Below, piece by piece: positions 29,447 through 39,391 of a stretch of 64,000 nt of DNA (position 1 is its first letter; the number at the start of each line of letters is the position of its first letter). The DNA is from a virus. A model generated the notes under the pieces. The model was not told the DNA's origin. It searched no databases and saw only the letters and a list, made by a program, of their open reading frames with translations. The translations under genes and the position numbers were made by a program. The stretch spans positions 36,981 through 100,980 of IMG/VR virus record IMGVR_UViG_3300020711_000298, one strand, 5' to 3'.

Positions 29447-30082
29447 ATGGAGTTATTGAAAAAATCAAATGGTAGCTTACCACGCACGCAAGAAGAAATA
29501 AACAGCATGATTGAAGAAGCGGCTGTACATTATGGTAATTTTTTAAATGCTGTTGGTTTTGACTATAAAGCAGATCGCCAAACCGAAGATACACCTATGA
29601 GAGTTTCGAAGGCTTGGTTAAAAGATCTAATTGTAGGTTCAATTACAGATGAACCAAAAATCACAGTATTCCCTAATGATGAAGGATATAGTGGATTAGT
29701 AATCCAATCCGGTATTCCTATTGTTAGTATGTGCGCACATCACAATTTAGCATTTACAGGTTACGCTACTGTAGCTTATGTACCTGGTGAAAATGTAATT
29801 GGATTATCTAAATTAAATCGTATTGTAGAATGGTTTTCTCGCCGCCCACAAATGCAAGAATCATTAACACAACAAATTCATGATTATATTGCTGATAAAA
29901 TGAAATGTAATTCAGTAGCAGTAAGTATTGCTTGTAAACATACTTGTTGTTCACATAGAGGTATTAAACATCCTTCAGTAATGACCACAAATAAATTTAG
30001 TGGTGTGTTTATGGAAAAGGATAATTTAATTAGAGAAGAATTTTTACACGCAATTGAAACAAACGCCCCTGCTTTAAAATAA
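29447..30082 (+). CDS. folE: GTP cyclohydrolase I
   Basis: DTPMRV, SMCAHH, IGLSKLNRIV, RRPQMQE, HTCCSHRG. Confidence 0.95.
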   Translation: MELLKKSNGSLPRTQEEINSMIEEAAVHYGNFLNAVGFDYKADRQTEDTPMRVSKAWLKDLIVGSITDEPKITVFPNDEGYSGLVIQSGIPIVSMCAHHNLAFTGYATVAYVPGENVIGLSKLNRIVEWFSRRPQMQESLTQQIHDYIADKMKCNSVAVSIACKHTCCSHRGIKHPSVMTTNKFSGVFMEKDNLIREEFLHAIETNAPALK

Positions 30083-30486
30083 TGAAAAAGATATATTTAA
30101 ACTGGGCTGGTATAGAATCATATATTGATACTTTAGCTTATAAAATAGCAGCAAGTGGAAAACAAGTAACAGTTATTCATGGATTGTCTAGAGGTGGATT
30201 GATACCCGCAGTATTATTATCTCACAAATTAGGTATTCCTTATGTAAATGATTGGCCTATACTTAAACATTTATATGATCCTAAAACAACACTAATAGTT
30301 GATGATATTTGCGACTCGGGTAAAACATTAAAACCTTATACTGATTATATTACAGTTACTCTTCATCACAAAACAACAGCTATTGTTGAGCCTACATTTT
30401 GGGTTAAAACAGTAGAAGAAAACGAATGGACTTGCTATCCTTGGGAAGATAAAGAATCACAAACAATTCAAGATTATAAACTATAA
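30082..30486 (+). CDS. purine phosphoribosyltransferase-like protein
   Basis: GLSRGGLIPA, LIVDDICDSGKT, YPWE. Confidence 0.85.
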   Translation: MKKIYLNWAGIESYIDTLAYKIAASGKQVTVIHGLSRGGLIPAVLLSHKLGIPYVNDWPILKHLYDPKTTLIVDDICDSGKTLKPYTDYITVTLHHKTTAIVEPTFWVKTVEENEWTCYPWEDKESQTIQDYKL

Positions 30487-30487
30487 T

Positions 30488-30649
30488 ATGCAACCTAAAG
30501 AATCAAAATCAAGTAGACACTTTATAATCAGTTTAATTAAATCAGTTACAAGGATATTTTCAGGATTATCTTTATGTTTTGGTTTATTACATTTAGCTGG
30601 AATATTTTTAATATTAGCTGAATTTTTAGGTATAGCAGAAGAATTTTAA
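30488..30649 (+). CDS. small membrane protein (53 aa, not in ORF track)
   Basis: MQPKESKSSRHFIISLIKSVTRIFSGLSLCFGLLHLAGIFLILAEFLGIAEEF fills the gap. Confidence 0.6.
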   Translation: MQPKESKSSRHFIISLIKSVTRIFSGLSLCFGLLHLAGIFLILAEFLGIAEEF

Positions 30650-30659
30650 AACAAATAAA

Positions 30660-31112
30660 ATGATAACAATATACGCACATAAAAACCACCCAGACGCAGT
30701 TATACCAACTGTAGCATATGGTTCAACATCAGCATGTTTTGATATAACATGCACTGAAACAACAACAATTCCTGCTAGAGGTAAAGCAGTAGTACCCAAT
30801 GGTTTAAATCTAACAATTCCGGATAGTTTAAATTATTGGATGCAAATTCAATTACGTTCTAGTAAAGGTTTCAAACATGATTTGGTACCTCATTACGGAA
30901 CAGTAGATGCTGGTTATACAGGAAATTTAGGTATTAAAGTTTACAACTTAGGTGATACTGACGTAGTAATTGAAAAAGGTGAAAAATACGCTCAAATAGC
31001 TGTTATTGAAAGACCTGAATATGAAATTATTGAACTAAACAATCAAGAATTTGAATCATTTAAAACAACTCAACTTCGTGGAGATAGCGGATTTGGTTCA
31101 AGTGGAAAATAA
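30660..31112 (+). CDS. dut: trimeric dUTPase
   Basis: ACFDI, RSSKG, GTVDAGYTG, YAQI, RGDSGFGSSG. Confidence 0.93.
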   Translation: MITIYAHKNHPDAVIPTVAYGSTSACFDITCTETTTIPARGKAVVPNGLNLTIPDSLNYWMQIQLRSSKGFKHDLVPHYGTVDAGYTGNLGIKVYNLGDTDVVIEKGEKYAQIAVIERPEYEIIELNNQEFESFKTTQLRGDSGFGSSGK

Positions 31113-31134
31113 ACAATTAAAATAAATATAAATT

Positions 31135-31407
31135 ATGAGAAGTACAAAAGAAATCATTGCTGACCTAAGACATAATATTGAATGGTCTCAACCAAACATT
31201 AGACATAATGCTTTAGTTACTTTAGTTAATGAATTAGAACAAGCATTAGATTCAACTCCAAAAACAATAATTCACCCCCCGGTTGCAGTAAATGAAATAC
31301 CATTAACTCCTACAGTTGAAATAGTAGAAGCAAATGAAGAGCCAACCACTCAGGATGAATCAACTACTCCTAAAAAAGGTAGAAAACCATCATCAAATAA
31401 TCCTTAA
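31135..31407 (+). CDS. hypothetical protein
   Basis: 90-aa ORF. Confidence 0.5.
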   Translation: MRSTKEIIADLRHNIEWSQPNIRHNALVTLVNELEQALDSTPKTIIHPPVAVNEIPLTPTVEIVEANEEPTTQDESTTPKKGRKPSSNNP

Positions 31408-31425
31408 AAAAATAGAGTTCAAAAA

Positions 31426-31457
31426 TTTAGAGCCCCATAAGGGGCTTCTTATATTTA
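31426..31457 (+). promoter_or_regulatory. promoter-like site with hairpin spacer upstream of polB
   Basis: TTTA-N20-TATATTTA; spacer holds gagcccc-ataa-ggggctt stem. Confidence 0.45.
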
Positions 31458-31466
31458 ACTAATATT

Positions 31467-33350
31467 ATGTATCAATCAATATATTATTCACATAACGGAG
31501 ATGATAAAGGTACTTGTTACCTTAGAGATGATAAAAAAGGATGGAGTGAATTTAAATATAAACCTACAGTTTATAAATTAGATCATGAAGGTGAATATGA
31601 AACATTATTTGGTGATAGATGTTCTCCAATTCAAGGAAAATTTGATTGGAATGATCCTACTGTATTAGAAAAAGATATTCAAAAAGAATTAGCTATATTA
31701 AGAGATCTATATTATAAAGATGATTTTGCTCCTGAAAAACATAATATAGTTTATTTCGATATTGAGATTGAAATATTAGGTACTTTAAATCCTCAAACTG
31801 TTAGAGAAGCAAACGCTCAAATGACATCAGTAGCTATTATAGATGTTTCTACTAATAAAAAATATTGTTATATTGTAGATGAATCTAAAGTTATTGAATA
31901 TGTAGACAAAGATAATAAAGAAATCATACCATGTATTAATGAAAAAGATTTATTAAGTAAATTTTTAACTAAATGGGTTGAGTTAGATCCTACTATTATA
32001 GTTGGTTATAATAGTGATTTCTTTGATATTCCATACACTTACTTTAGAATTAAAAAAATACTAGGAGAAGATATGGCTTTATTTTTATCTCCTATTAAAA
32101 AAATAAATGATAATATTTATAACTCATATTCACCAATAACAATAGGAGGTGTGAATAGTCTTGATTATATGCTTTTAGTTAAAAAGTATATCATGAAAGA
32201 AGAATCATCTTATAAATTAAATGATATAGGATTAAAATATGCTAAATTAGGTAAAGTCGAATATAATGGCTCATTAGATAAACTATTTAAAGACAACCCA
32301 GATAAATTTATTGAATATAATCTTCGAGATGTTGAAATTATTGAGGCTTTAGAAAACAAATTACAATTTATCAAATTAACAGTTTTAATATGCCATTTAT
32401 GCCATGTACCTTATGAATCAATATATTATAATACAGTATTAAATGAAGGTGCTATATTAACATATTTAAAACGTAAAAATATAATATCACCTAATAAACC
32501 AACAACTACAAATAAAAATATTAAAGAATTAAATATAGGTGATGAAGTACAACACCAGCGAGGAACTCCAACTGTTGAAGGTGTGATTACTTATATAGAT
32601 GAAACAACTAATAAAGCTCAAGTTAGGACTAAAGCTAATACTTTAAAAGAAAGAAGTTTAAAATCAATAAGAAGAAAAGAATCATACGCTGGAGGATATT
32701 TATTAGAACCTAAACCTGGATTATACTCATATGTAAGTGATTCTGACTTTACTAGTCTATACCCAAGTATTATTAAATCTTTAAATTTAGGGATTGAAAC
32801 ATTAATAGGTAGAATTGTAACTAAAACTAATTATGAACAATATAATTCTTTAGAAAAATTAAAAGAAAAGGATCCTGAAGAAATAATTCATTTAGAAAAA
32901 TTAGATATTAAAACATATAATTTAAAACCTGGTAAAGTTAAAATAAAAGATTTAATAGAATTAATTGAAGAAAACAATTGGTCAATATCAGCTAGTGGAG
33001 CATTTTATAGAAATGATATTAAAAGTATATCATGTGAAGTATTGGAAGATTGGTTTGGAAAACGAGAACATTATAGAGGATTAAAAAAACAAGCAGGTAA
33101 AAAAGAAGATTGGGAAAATTATAAATTATATGATTTGTATCAAATGGCATTTAAAATCTTACAAAATGCACTTTATGGTACTTATGCTATAAATGGATGG
33201 AGATATACTGATGGGTATAAAATATGTTCTGCTTCTATTACAAATAGTGGTCAACGATTAGTTAAATCTAGTATAATTTATGCTGATAATTTAATTGAAG
33301 AATATATTAATACAGATGTAGAAAAATTAAAAAAATTACTAAATTTATAA
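31467..33350 (+). CDS. family B DNA polymerase, N-terminal subunit (exonuclease, motifs A and B)
   Basis: FDIEIE, GYNSDFFDIPY, YNLRDV, DFTSLYPSII, KILQNALYG. Confidence 0.92.
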   Translation: MYQSIYYSHNGDDKGTCYLRDDKKGWSEFKYKPTVYKLDHEGEYETLFGDRCSPIQGKFDWNDPTVLEKDIQKELAILRDLYYKDDFAPEKHNIVYFDIEIEILGTLNPQTVREANAQMTSVAIIDVSTNKKYCYIVDESKVIEYVDKDNKEIIPCINEKDLLSKFLTKWVELDPTIIVGYNSDFFDIPYTYFRIKKILGEDMALFLSPIKKINDNIYNSYSPITIGGVNSLDYMLLVKKYIMKEESSYKLNDIGLKYAKLGKVEYNGSLDKLFKDNPDKFIEYNLRDVEIIEALENKLQFIKLTVLICHLCHVPYESIYYNTVLNEGAILTYLKRKNIISPNKPTTTNKNIKELNIGDEVQHQRGTPTVEGVITYIDETTNKAQVRTKANTLKERSLKSIRRKESYAGGYLLEPKPGLYSYVSDSDFTSLYPSIIKSLNLGIETLIGRIVTKTNYEQYNSLEKLKEKDPEEIIHLEKLDIKTYNLKPGKVKIKDLIELIEENNWSISASGAFYRNDIKSISCEVLEDWFGKREHYRGLKKQAGKKEDWENYKLYDLYQMAFKILQNALYGTYAINGWRYTDGYKICSASITNSGQRLVKSSIIYADNLIEEYINTDVEKLKKLLNL

Positions 33351-33439
33351 CAGAAACTAATAATAATTATTCTATTATATCTAAGGTATGTAGGGATATT
33401 TTTTCTCAAACTAATGATTATAAATGGAAATATAAATAA
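33347..33439 (+). pseudogene. NUMOD1 homing-endonuclease C-terminal remnant between the polB halves
   Basis: Frame reads ITETNNNYSIISKVCRDIFSQTNDYKWKYK*. Confidence 0.65.
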
Positions 33440-33440
33440 T

Positions 33441-34352
33441 ATGGAAGATTTCAATCCTAAATATGTAATTGCTAGTGATACAGATAGTATGTATATCTGC
33501 TTAGAATTACTATTAAAAAAATTATACCCTAATTTGAACGAAATGGATGAAGATGAAAAAATTAATAATCTAATTAAAATATCTAAACATCTTCAGGATA
33601 AATTTAATGAAAACTTAAGAGATATATCAAAACGAGTTTTTAATATTAATAAAAAACATTATTTTGAATTAAAACAAGAAGTAATAGTTAAAAGAGCATA
33701 CTGGTCAGGTAAACGAAGATATGCTATGTGGGTTGTTAATAAAGAAGGTGTACCAATACCTGCTGACCATAAAGATGCTTTTGATATGAAAGGTTTAGAT
33801 ATAATGAAATCTAACTTTCCTCCATTATTTAGAGATTTTGGTGAAAATTTAATTAAAAAAATTCTATTTGATACTCCTAAACCTGAAATAGATAAATTTA
33901 TTTTGGATTGGAAAAAATCATTAGATTTAATAGATTGGAAAAAATTATTAAAACCTACTGGTCTAAAAAAACTAGATGAATATATTAGTAAAAAACCAGA
34001 CGCAGGTGAAATATTTTCTAAATTAGCTTTAAAATGCCCTGTTAATACTAAAGCAGCAATATACACAAATGACCTATTAAAATTTAAAAAACTAAATAAA
34101 AAATATCAACAATTCCAGATAGGTGATAAAATGTATATAGCTTATTTAAAAGAAAACCCATACCGAATAGATGTGTTAGGAATTAATGGATATGATGATG
34201 CTCCTGAAATTTTAGAGTTTGTTGAAAAATATATTGATAGAAATCAAATGTTTGAATCTGTTATTAAAAATAAAATAGAAAACCTATTTGCTGATTTAAA
34301 TTGGGGTATGCCTATATTTAATGAAAAAGTAAATAAATTCTTTAAATTCTAA
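33441..34352 (+). CDS. family B DNA polymerase, C-terminal subunit (motif C, thumb)
   Basis: ASDTDSMY, KRRYA, MKGLDI; ATG 33441 preferred over 33414. Confidence 0.9.
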   Translation: MEDFNPKYVIASDTDSMYICLELLLKKLYPNLNEMDEDEKINNLIKISKHLQDKFNENLRDISKRVFNINKKHYFELKQEVIVKRAYWSGKRRYAMWVVNKEGVPIPADHKDAFDMKGLDIMKSNFPPLFRDFGENLIKKILFDTPKPEIDKFILDWKKSLDLIDWKKLLKPTGLKKLDEYISKKPDAGEIFSKLALKCPVNTKAAIYTNDLLKFKKLNKKYQQFQIGDKMYIAYLKENPYRIDVLGINGYDDAPEILEFVEKYIDRNQMFESVIKNKIENLFADLNWGMPIFNEKVNKFFKF

Positions 34353-34384
34353 TTTGGCTAATTAAAAAACATTAATTATATTAA
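34353..34384 (+). promoter_or_regulatory. Bacteroidota-type promoter (TTTG-N20-TATATTAA)
   Basis: Consensus match. Confidence 0.55.
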
Positions 34385-34390
34385 TATTAT

Positions 34391-35131
34391 ATGATAGAAA
34401 AATTAACCTTAATATCAGTCATTTCAAAATATTACCTTAATGGAATGGTAGAGGCTGTTCGTTGGGATATAAAAGATAAGAACTTAAATATCAAATTTAC
34501 AGCTCCATCTAAAGAAATGATAGGTAATATAACTTATAAAAATATACCTCTTGAAGATTCCATAATAGGAATAAGTAATACTACTCAATTAAATAAATTA
34601 TTACATATAACAAGTGGTTATTTAGATTTAAAATACACTAAACAAAATAAATTATTTACTAAACTTATTATATCTGATAAACAATTTACTGTTAATTATG
34701 CTTTAGCAGATTTAATGATTATACCTAAAAGTGGTGATTTAAATGGTGATATTTTATTTAATATTGAAGCAAAATTAGATAATGAGAGTATAAGTGCTAT
34801 TGTGAAAGCAAAAACAGCTTTATCTGAAAGTGAAACAGTATTAATTAAACCAACATTAAATGATGATGGTGATTATCAAATAGAAATGGAATTTGGAGGT
34901 AATATTGAATACGCTAATAAAGTATCATTTTTTATTCCAAATATAATGACAAATAATGTACCTGATAATTTTAAAGTTTATTATAATTCAAACATGATTA
35001 AAGAAATTATGTATTGTAATAGAGATATGGTATTAGGAAACATATCTATAAATTTAGATGGTTTAATGAAATTAGAATTTGAAAGTAAAGATTTAAAAAG
35101 TACTTATTACCTTGTTGCTAAGGAAATATAA
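34391..35131 (+). CDS. sliding clamp (gp45/PCNA-like)
   Basis: Size, position between polB and clamp loader, C-terminal GLMKLEF..STYYLVA. Confidence 0.6.
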   Translation: MIEKLTLISVISKYYLNGMVEAVRWDIKDKNLNIKFTAPSKEMIGNITYKNIPLEDSIIGISNTTQLNKLLHITSGYLDLKYTKQNKLFTKLIISDKQFTVNYALADLMIIPKSGDLNGDILFNIEAKLDNESISAIVKAKTALSESETVLIKPTLNDDGDYQIEMEFGGNIEYANKVSFFIPNIMTNNVPDNFKVYYNSNMIKEIMYCNRDMVLGNISINLDGLMKLEFESKDLKSTYYLVAKEI

Positions 35132-35167
35132 GATCATATATTTATATCAAATAAAAAGTTATATAAA

Positions 35168-35458
35168 ATGAAGTTACAAGCAGTGTACAATGCGGTTATC
35201 ATAAAACCGTTTAATGAAGAAGAAATCAAATACGGAAGTATTATCGTCCCAGATCTTGGAAAAGAAAAAAATCTTAGCGGAACTGTAGTTTCTGTAGGAC
35301 CAGGCCAATATTCACTTACTGGTACTCTTATCCCAACTGTACTTAAAGAAGGACAAAAAGTTATATTACCTCAAATGGGCCCCGTGAAAGTAGAACATGA
35401 TGGTGAAGAATATTACGTATGCCCAGAAAATCAAGTATTAGCAATTTTAAACGATTAA
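35168..35458 (+). CDS. groES: co-chaperonin GroES
   Basis: GSIIVPD, GTVVSVGPG, ENQVLAIL. Confidence 0.92.
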   Translation: MKLQAVYNAVIIKPFNEEEIKYGSIIVPDLGKEKNLSGTVVSVGPGQYSLTGTLIPTVLKEGQKVILPQMGPVKVEHDGEEYYVCPENQVLAILND

Positions 35459-35468
35459 AATAAGTTAT

Positions 35469-37085
35469 ATGAGTAAAATTATAGAATTCGGCCCAGAAGC
35501 TAGAAAAAAATTATTTAATGGAGTTGAGAAATTATCCAACGCTGTTACATCAACTTTAGGCCCTAATGGTCGTAATGTTGTTATTTCAAAACCAGGTGAA
35601 TACCCAGCTAGTACAAAAGATGGAGTTACTGTAGCTAAATCAATAACACTTGAAGATCCAATTGAAGAATTAGGTGTACAAATGGTTAAACAAGCTGCTA
35701 TTAAAACAGCAGATACAGCTGGTGATGGTACAACTACATCAACTTTATTAGCGACCGAAATGGTTAGACAAGGTTTAACGCATTTAAGTAACGGAGCTAA
35801 CGCGGTAGAAATTAAACGCAGTATAGATGCCGCTGTTAAAGATGTCCTTGAATTTATACGCACACAAATTAAAGAAAATATATCATCTGAGGAACAACTA
35901 AAACAAATTGCTTCCATCTCAGCAAATAACGATCCTGAAGTAGGAGAATTAATTGCTACAGCTATGGAAAAAGTAGGTCGTGAAGGTGTTGTTCATATTG
36001 AAGAATCAAAATCAGGTGAAACATATCTTGAAACAGTAGAAGGTATGCAGTTTGATCGTGGTTATAAATCACCTTATTTTGTTACTGATAATAACTCAAT
36101 GACTAGTACTTTAAATGATGTTTTAATTCTTATAGCAGATAAAAAATTCACTCAAGTAAAAGAATTATTACCTATACTTGAAGCTGTATCTCAACAAAAT
36201 AAATCTTTACTTATTGTAGCTGAAGATGTTGAAGGTGAAGCATTAGCTACACTTATTGTAAATAAAGCTAGAGGTATATTAAAAGTAGCGGCTGTAAAAG
36301 CTCCTGATTTTGGTGATCGTCGTAAATTGATTTTGGAAGATATGGCTATTTTAACAGGTGGTCAAGTGTTTAGTACTGAAAAAGGTATGAAATTAGATAA
36401 ATTTAGTTGGGATTGGTTTGGTAAAGCACGTGTTGTAACAATTACTAAAGACACTACTACTATTATTGATGGTAAAGGAGATGAAAATTCTGTATCACAA
36501 CGTATAACAGAACTACAACAACAAATTGAAAATTCAAAAACACCATTTGAACAAGAAAAATTACAAGAACGTTTAGCTAAATTTATAGGTGGTGTAGCAA
36601 TTATTCATGTTGGTGGAAATACTGAAACCGAAATGAAAGAAAAGAAAGATCGTGTAGATGATGCTTTACATGCTACAAAAGCAGCCATTGAAGAAGGTAT
36701 TGTACCAGGTGGTGGAGTAGCATTATTACACGCACGTAATGGTATTAAAAACCGTGATACTATTGGCTCTAATATAGTTTGGCATGCTTGCGCAGCCCCA
36801 CTTAATAAAATACTTAAAAACGCAGGATATGAAGATTTAGCAATATTCCAAGTTATAAGTGATACTAACAACAGTGAAAATTGGAATGGTTGGGATTTGA
36901 AAGAAGAAAAATTAACCAACATGAAAGAAGCAGGAATCATCGATCCAGCCAAAGTAACCCGTTGCGCTCTTGAAAATGCAGCATCAGTAGCAGGAACCAT
37001 TTTGTTAACAGAATGTACTGTTGTTGATAAACCAGAAGAAAAGAAAGCAGACGAAGGATTTGGAGGTATGGGAGGAATGTTTTAA
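35469..37085 (+). CDS. groEL: chaperonin GroEL
   Basis: TLGPNGRNV, AGDGTTT, EGMQFDRGY, GGMGGMF tail. Confidence 0.97.
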   Translation: MSKIIEFGPEARKKLFNGVEKLSNAVTSTLGPNGRNVVISKPGEYPASTKDGVTVAKSITLEDPIEELGVQMVKQAAIKTADTAGDGTTTSTLLATEMVRQGLTHLSNGANAVEIKRSIDAAVKDVLEFIRTQIKENISSEEQLKQIASISANNDPEVGELIATAMEKVGREGVVHIEESKSGETYLETVEGMQFDRGYKSPYFVTDNNSMTSTLNDVLILIADKKFTQVKELLPILEAVSQQNKSLLIVAEDVEGEALATLIVNKARGILKVAAVKAPDFGDRRKLILEDMAILTGGQVFSTEKGMKLDKFSWDWFGKARVVTITKDTTTIIDGKGDENSVSQRITELQQQIENSKTPFEQEKLQERLAKFIGGVAIIHVGGNTETEMKEKKDRVDDALHATKAAIEEGIVPGGGVALLHARNGIKNRDTIGSNIVWHACAAPLNKILKNAGYEDLAIFQVISDTNNSENWNGWDLKEEKLTNMKEAGIIDPAKVTRCALENAASVAGTILLTECTVVDKPEEKKADEGFGGMGGMF

Positions 37086-37103
37086 ATTTAGTTAAAATAA
37101 GTT

Positions 37104-38030
37104 ATGAAAGAACATACATTGTGGGTCGAAAAATACCGTAGTAAAACATTAAATGATTATGTTGGTAATGAGCAAATAAAACAAGCTATTTCCCAATATT
37201 TAAGTCAAAATGATATTCAAAACTTCTTATTTTTCGGCCCATCAGGTACTGGTAAAACAACATTAGCAAAACTTATTGTTAATAATCTTAATTGTGATTA
37301 TCTTTATATTAATAGTAGTGATGAGAGAGGTATTGATACAGTTAGGGAAAAAATAACAGGATTTGCTTCAACAGCATCATTTAAACCTCTTAAAGTAATA
37401 ATATTAGATGAAGCTGATTTTTTAACGATACAAGCACAAGCATCACTTAGAAATATAATCGAAACATATTCTCGTTCTACTCGTTTTATAATGACTTGTA
37501 ATTTTATAGAACGAATTATAGATCCACTTCAATCACGATGTCAGGTATTAAAAATAGTACCTCCAACTAAAAGTGAAGTTGCTAGACACGTAGCTAATAT
37601 ATTAGATACAGAATCAGTTGAATATGATTTAGATGCTTTAAAAATAGTAATAAACCAATTTTATCCTGATATTAGAAAAATATTAAATACATGCCAATTA
37701 AATACAATTGATAATATTTTAAAAATTGATAAATCTATATTAGTATCATCTGGATATCAAAGTAAAATATTAAATGAATTAAAAAAACCATCATCTAAAT
37801 CATTTAATGTAATACGTCAAATAATAGCTGATTCTAACATTAATGATTTTGAAAGTACATATAGGTACTTATATGATAATATAAATGAATATTCTCAAGG
37901 AAATGAAGGTATAATTACTGTAATATTAGAAGAATATCTATACCATGCTAATTTTAGAATAGATAAAGAAATTAATATAATGGCATGTGTGTCAAAACTA
38001 TTACAAACATTAAATAAAAAAGTATTATAA
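37104..38030 (+). CDS. clamp loader AAA+ subunit (RFC/gp44-like)
   Basis: LWVEKYR, GPSGTGKTT, LDEADFL, LQSRC. Confidence 0.92.
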   Translation: MKEHTLWVEKYRSKTLNDYVGNEQIKQAISQYLSQNDIQNFLFFGPSGTGKTTLAKLIVNNLNCDYLYINSSDERGIDTVREKITGFASTASFKPLKVIILDEADFLTIQAQASLRNIIETYSRSTRFIMTCNFIERIIDPLQSRCQVLKIVPPTKSEVARHVANILDTESVEYDLDALKIVINQFYPDIRKILNTCQLNTIDNILKIDKSILVSSGYQSKILNELKKPSSKSFNVIRQIIADSNINDFESTYRYLYDNINEYSQGNEGIITVILEEYLYHANFRIDKEINIMACVSKLLQTLNKKVL

Positions 38031-38031
38031 A

Positions 38032-38271
38032 ATGAAAGACCAAGTAAAATTAAACATCGATTTAAAAGCAACACAACCAGTTACATCATCTGAAGGTAAT
38101 AGTGTATTTGCTGAAGGAGTAATTCTAAGGAAAGTATCTAAATTTTTAGCCGGTACATCAGAAGATGGTATAATACCAATACCGGTATTTTATGATATAA
38201 AAAGCGGTAAAATCTTAATTGAAACATTACCTAAAGAACTAAGAGAAGAATTTAAAAATGAAAATATTTGA
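38032..38271 (+). CDS. hypothetical protein
   Basis: 79-aa ORF. Confidence 0.55.
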   Translation: MKDQVKLNIDLKATQPVTSSEGNSVFAEGVILRKVSKFLAGTSEDGIIPIPVFYDIKSGKILIETLPKELREEFKNENI

Positions 38272-38683
38272 TTGGTTAACACAAATTACTGTTAATAAAA
38301 AATCTTGGAATTCATTCTCAGAGGATGATAAATTATCTTTTAACCCATATATGATTCATAGATACTTGTCTATGGAAAAGGATTATATTGATATAGTAAA
38401 TTACATTCAAGTTATACCTTATACAGAAAAAGAAAAAATATATAAAATTTACTGCAATATGATTCCTAAGAAAAATATATTTTTAAAATATATTAAATCA
38501 TCTTCCAAGAAAAAAATACCAGATTCTGTGCTTCAATTTATAGCTAAAGAATATACTTGTTCATTAGGAGAAGCAGAAGAATATTCTCATATTATAGGTA
38601 AAAATGGTATAATTAGTATTTTATACAAACATGGTGTAGATGAAAAAGAACAGAAAAAACTATTAAAAGAAATTACAATATGA
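38258..38683 (+). CDS. clamp loader small subunit (gp62-like)
   Basis: FNPYMIHRYLS, FLKYIK; position after gp44-like gene. Confidence 0.65.
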   Translation: MKIFDWLTQITVNKKSWNSFSEDDKLSFNPYMIHRYLSMEKDYIDIVNYIQVIPYTEKEKIYKIYCNMIPKKNIFLKYIKSSSKKKIPDSVLQFIAKEYTCSLGEAEEYSHIIGKNGIISILYKHGVDEKEQKKLLKEITI

Positions 38684-39063
38684 CAAAAAACAACGAAGTA
38701 TACCCTTATCCCACAACCGAACCTTTTACCTCAATTGAGGTTTTTGAACAAACATATCCTGAATTGGCTAAAGAATTTAAGCAAATTCAAGAGGAACAAT
38801 ATGAATTGTTTGCTGAAAAAATGCTTGATTATGGTATAGAAAATATTGCTTTAGGATCTGATTTATCAAATTTTGAAGATGTAAAACTTTCTCTTACTGG
38901 TATTTGGCTTAGATGTAATGATAAAATCAACCGTTTAAAAAATATTTTAAAGCGTGGTGGTAAAAATTATGTTGAAGGAGAATCTATGATAGATAGTTTT
39001 ATTGATATTGCTAATTATGGAATCATAGCCCAATTAGTAGCTAAAGAAAAATGGAAAAAATAA
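38680..39063 (+). CDS. DUF1599 / nucleotide-modification-associated domain protein
   Basis: KMLDYG..N, RCNDKINRL, ESMIDSFIDIANY. Confidence 0.7.
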   Translation: MTKNNEVYPYPTTEPFTSIEVFEQTYPELAKEFKQIQEEQYELFAEKMLDYGIENIALGSDLSNFEDVKLSLTGIWLRCNDKINRLKNILKRGGKNYVEGESMIDSFIDIANYGIIAQLVAKEKWKK

Positions 39064-39095
39064 TTTGGCTTTATTAAAATAATACCATATTTTTA
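39064..39095 (+). promoter_or_regulatory. Bacteroidota-type promoter (TTTG-N20-TATTTTTA)
   Basis: Consensus match. Confidence 0.5.
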
Positions 39096-39099
39096 TGGT

Positions 39100-39324
39100 A
39101 TGGAAAAAATAAATGAAAGTCAATTATCTAATGCTCGTGAAAAATTCATGAATAAAAGAATTACTTTCAAAACAAAAAATAGTAGTTTTGGACATGGTAC
39201 TTGTCAGTTTTTAGGATATAATCAATATTTTCCTTCTTGGGAACTACAAATTACAGTTGACAGAACTCCTTATCAACACGTTATTTTTGAATCTATTAAA
39301 TTAGTTGAAGACAAGGGTAAATAA
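39100..39324 (+). CDS. hypothetical protein
   Basis: 74-aa ORF behind promoter. Confidence 0.5.
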   Translation: MEKINESQLSNAREKFMNKRITFKTKNSSFGHGTCQFLGYNQYFPSWELQITVDRTPYQHVIFESIKLVEDKGK

Positions 39325-39391
39325 TTTTGAAATAATAAACAATCTGCTTACATTCGAATCTAGGATAATGATTAAAATAACTATAGATAAA

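Noticed and set aside
33350-33441. Group I intron, split intein or stop readthrough in polB
   Set aside because: Gap is about 90 nt with no intron core; no intein end motifs; further in-frame stops follow the TAA
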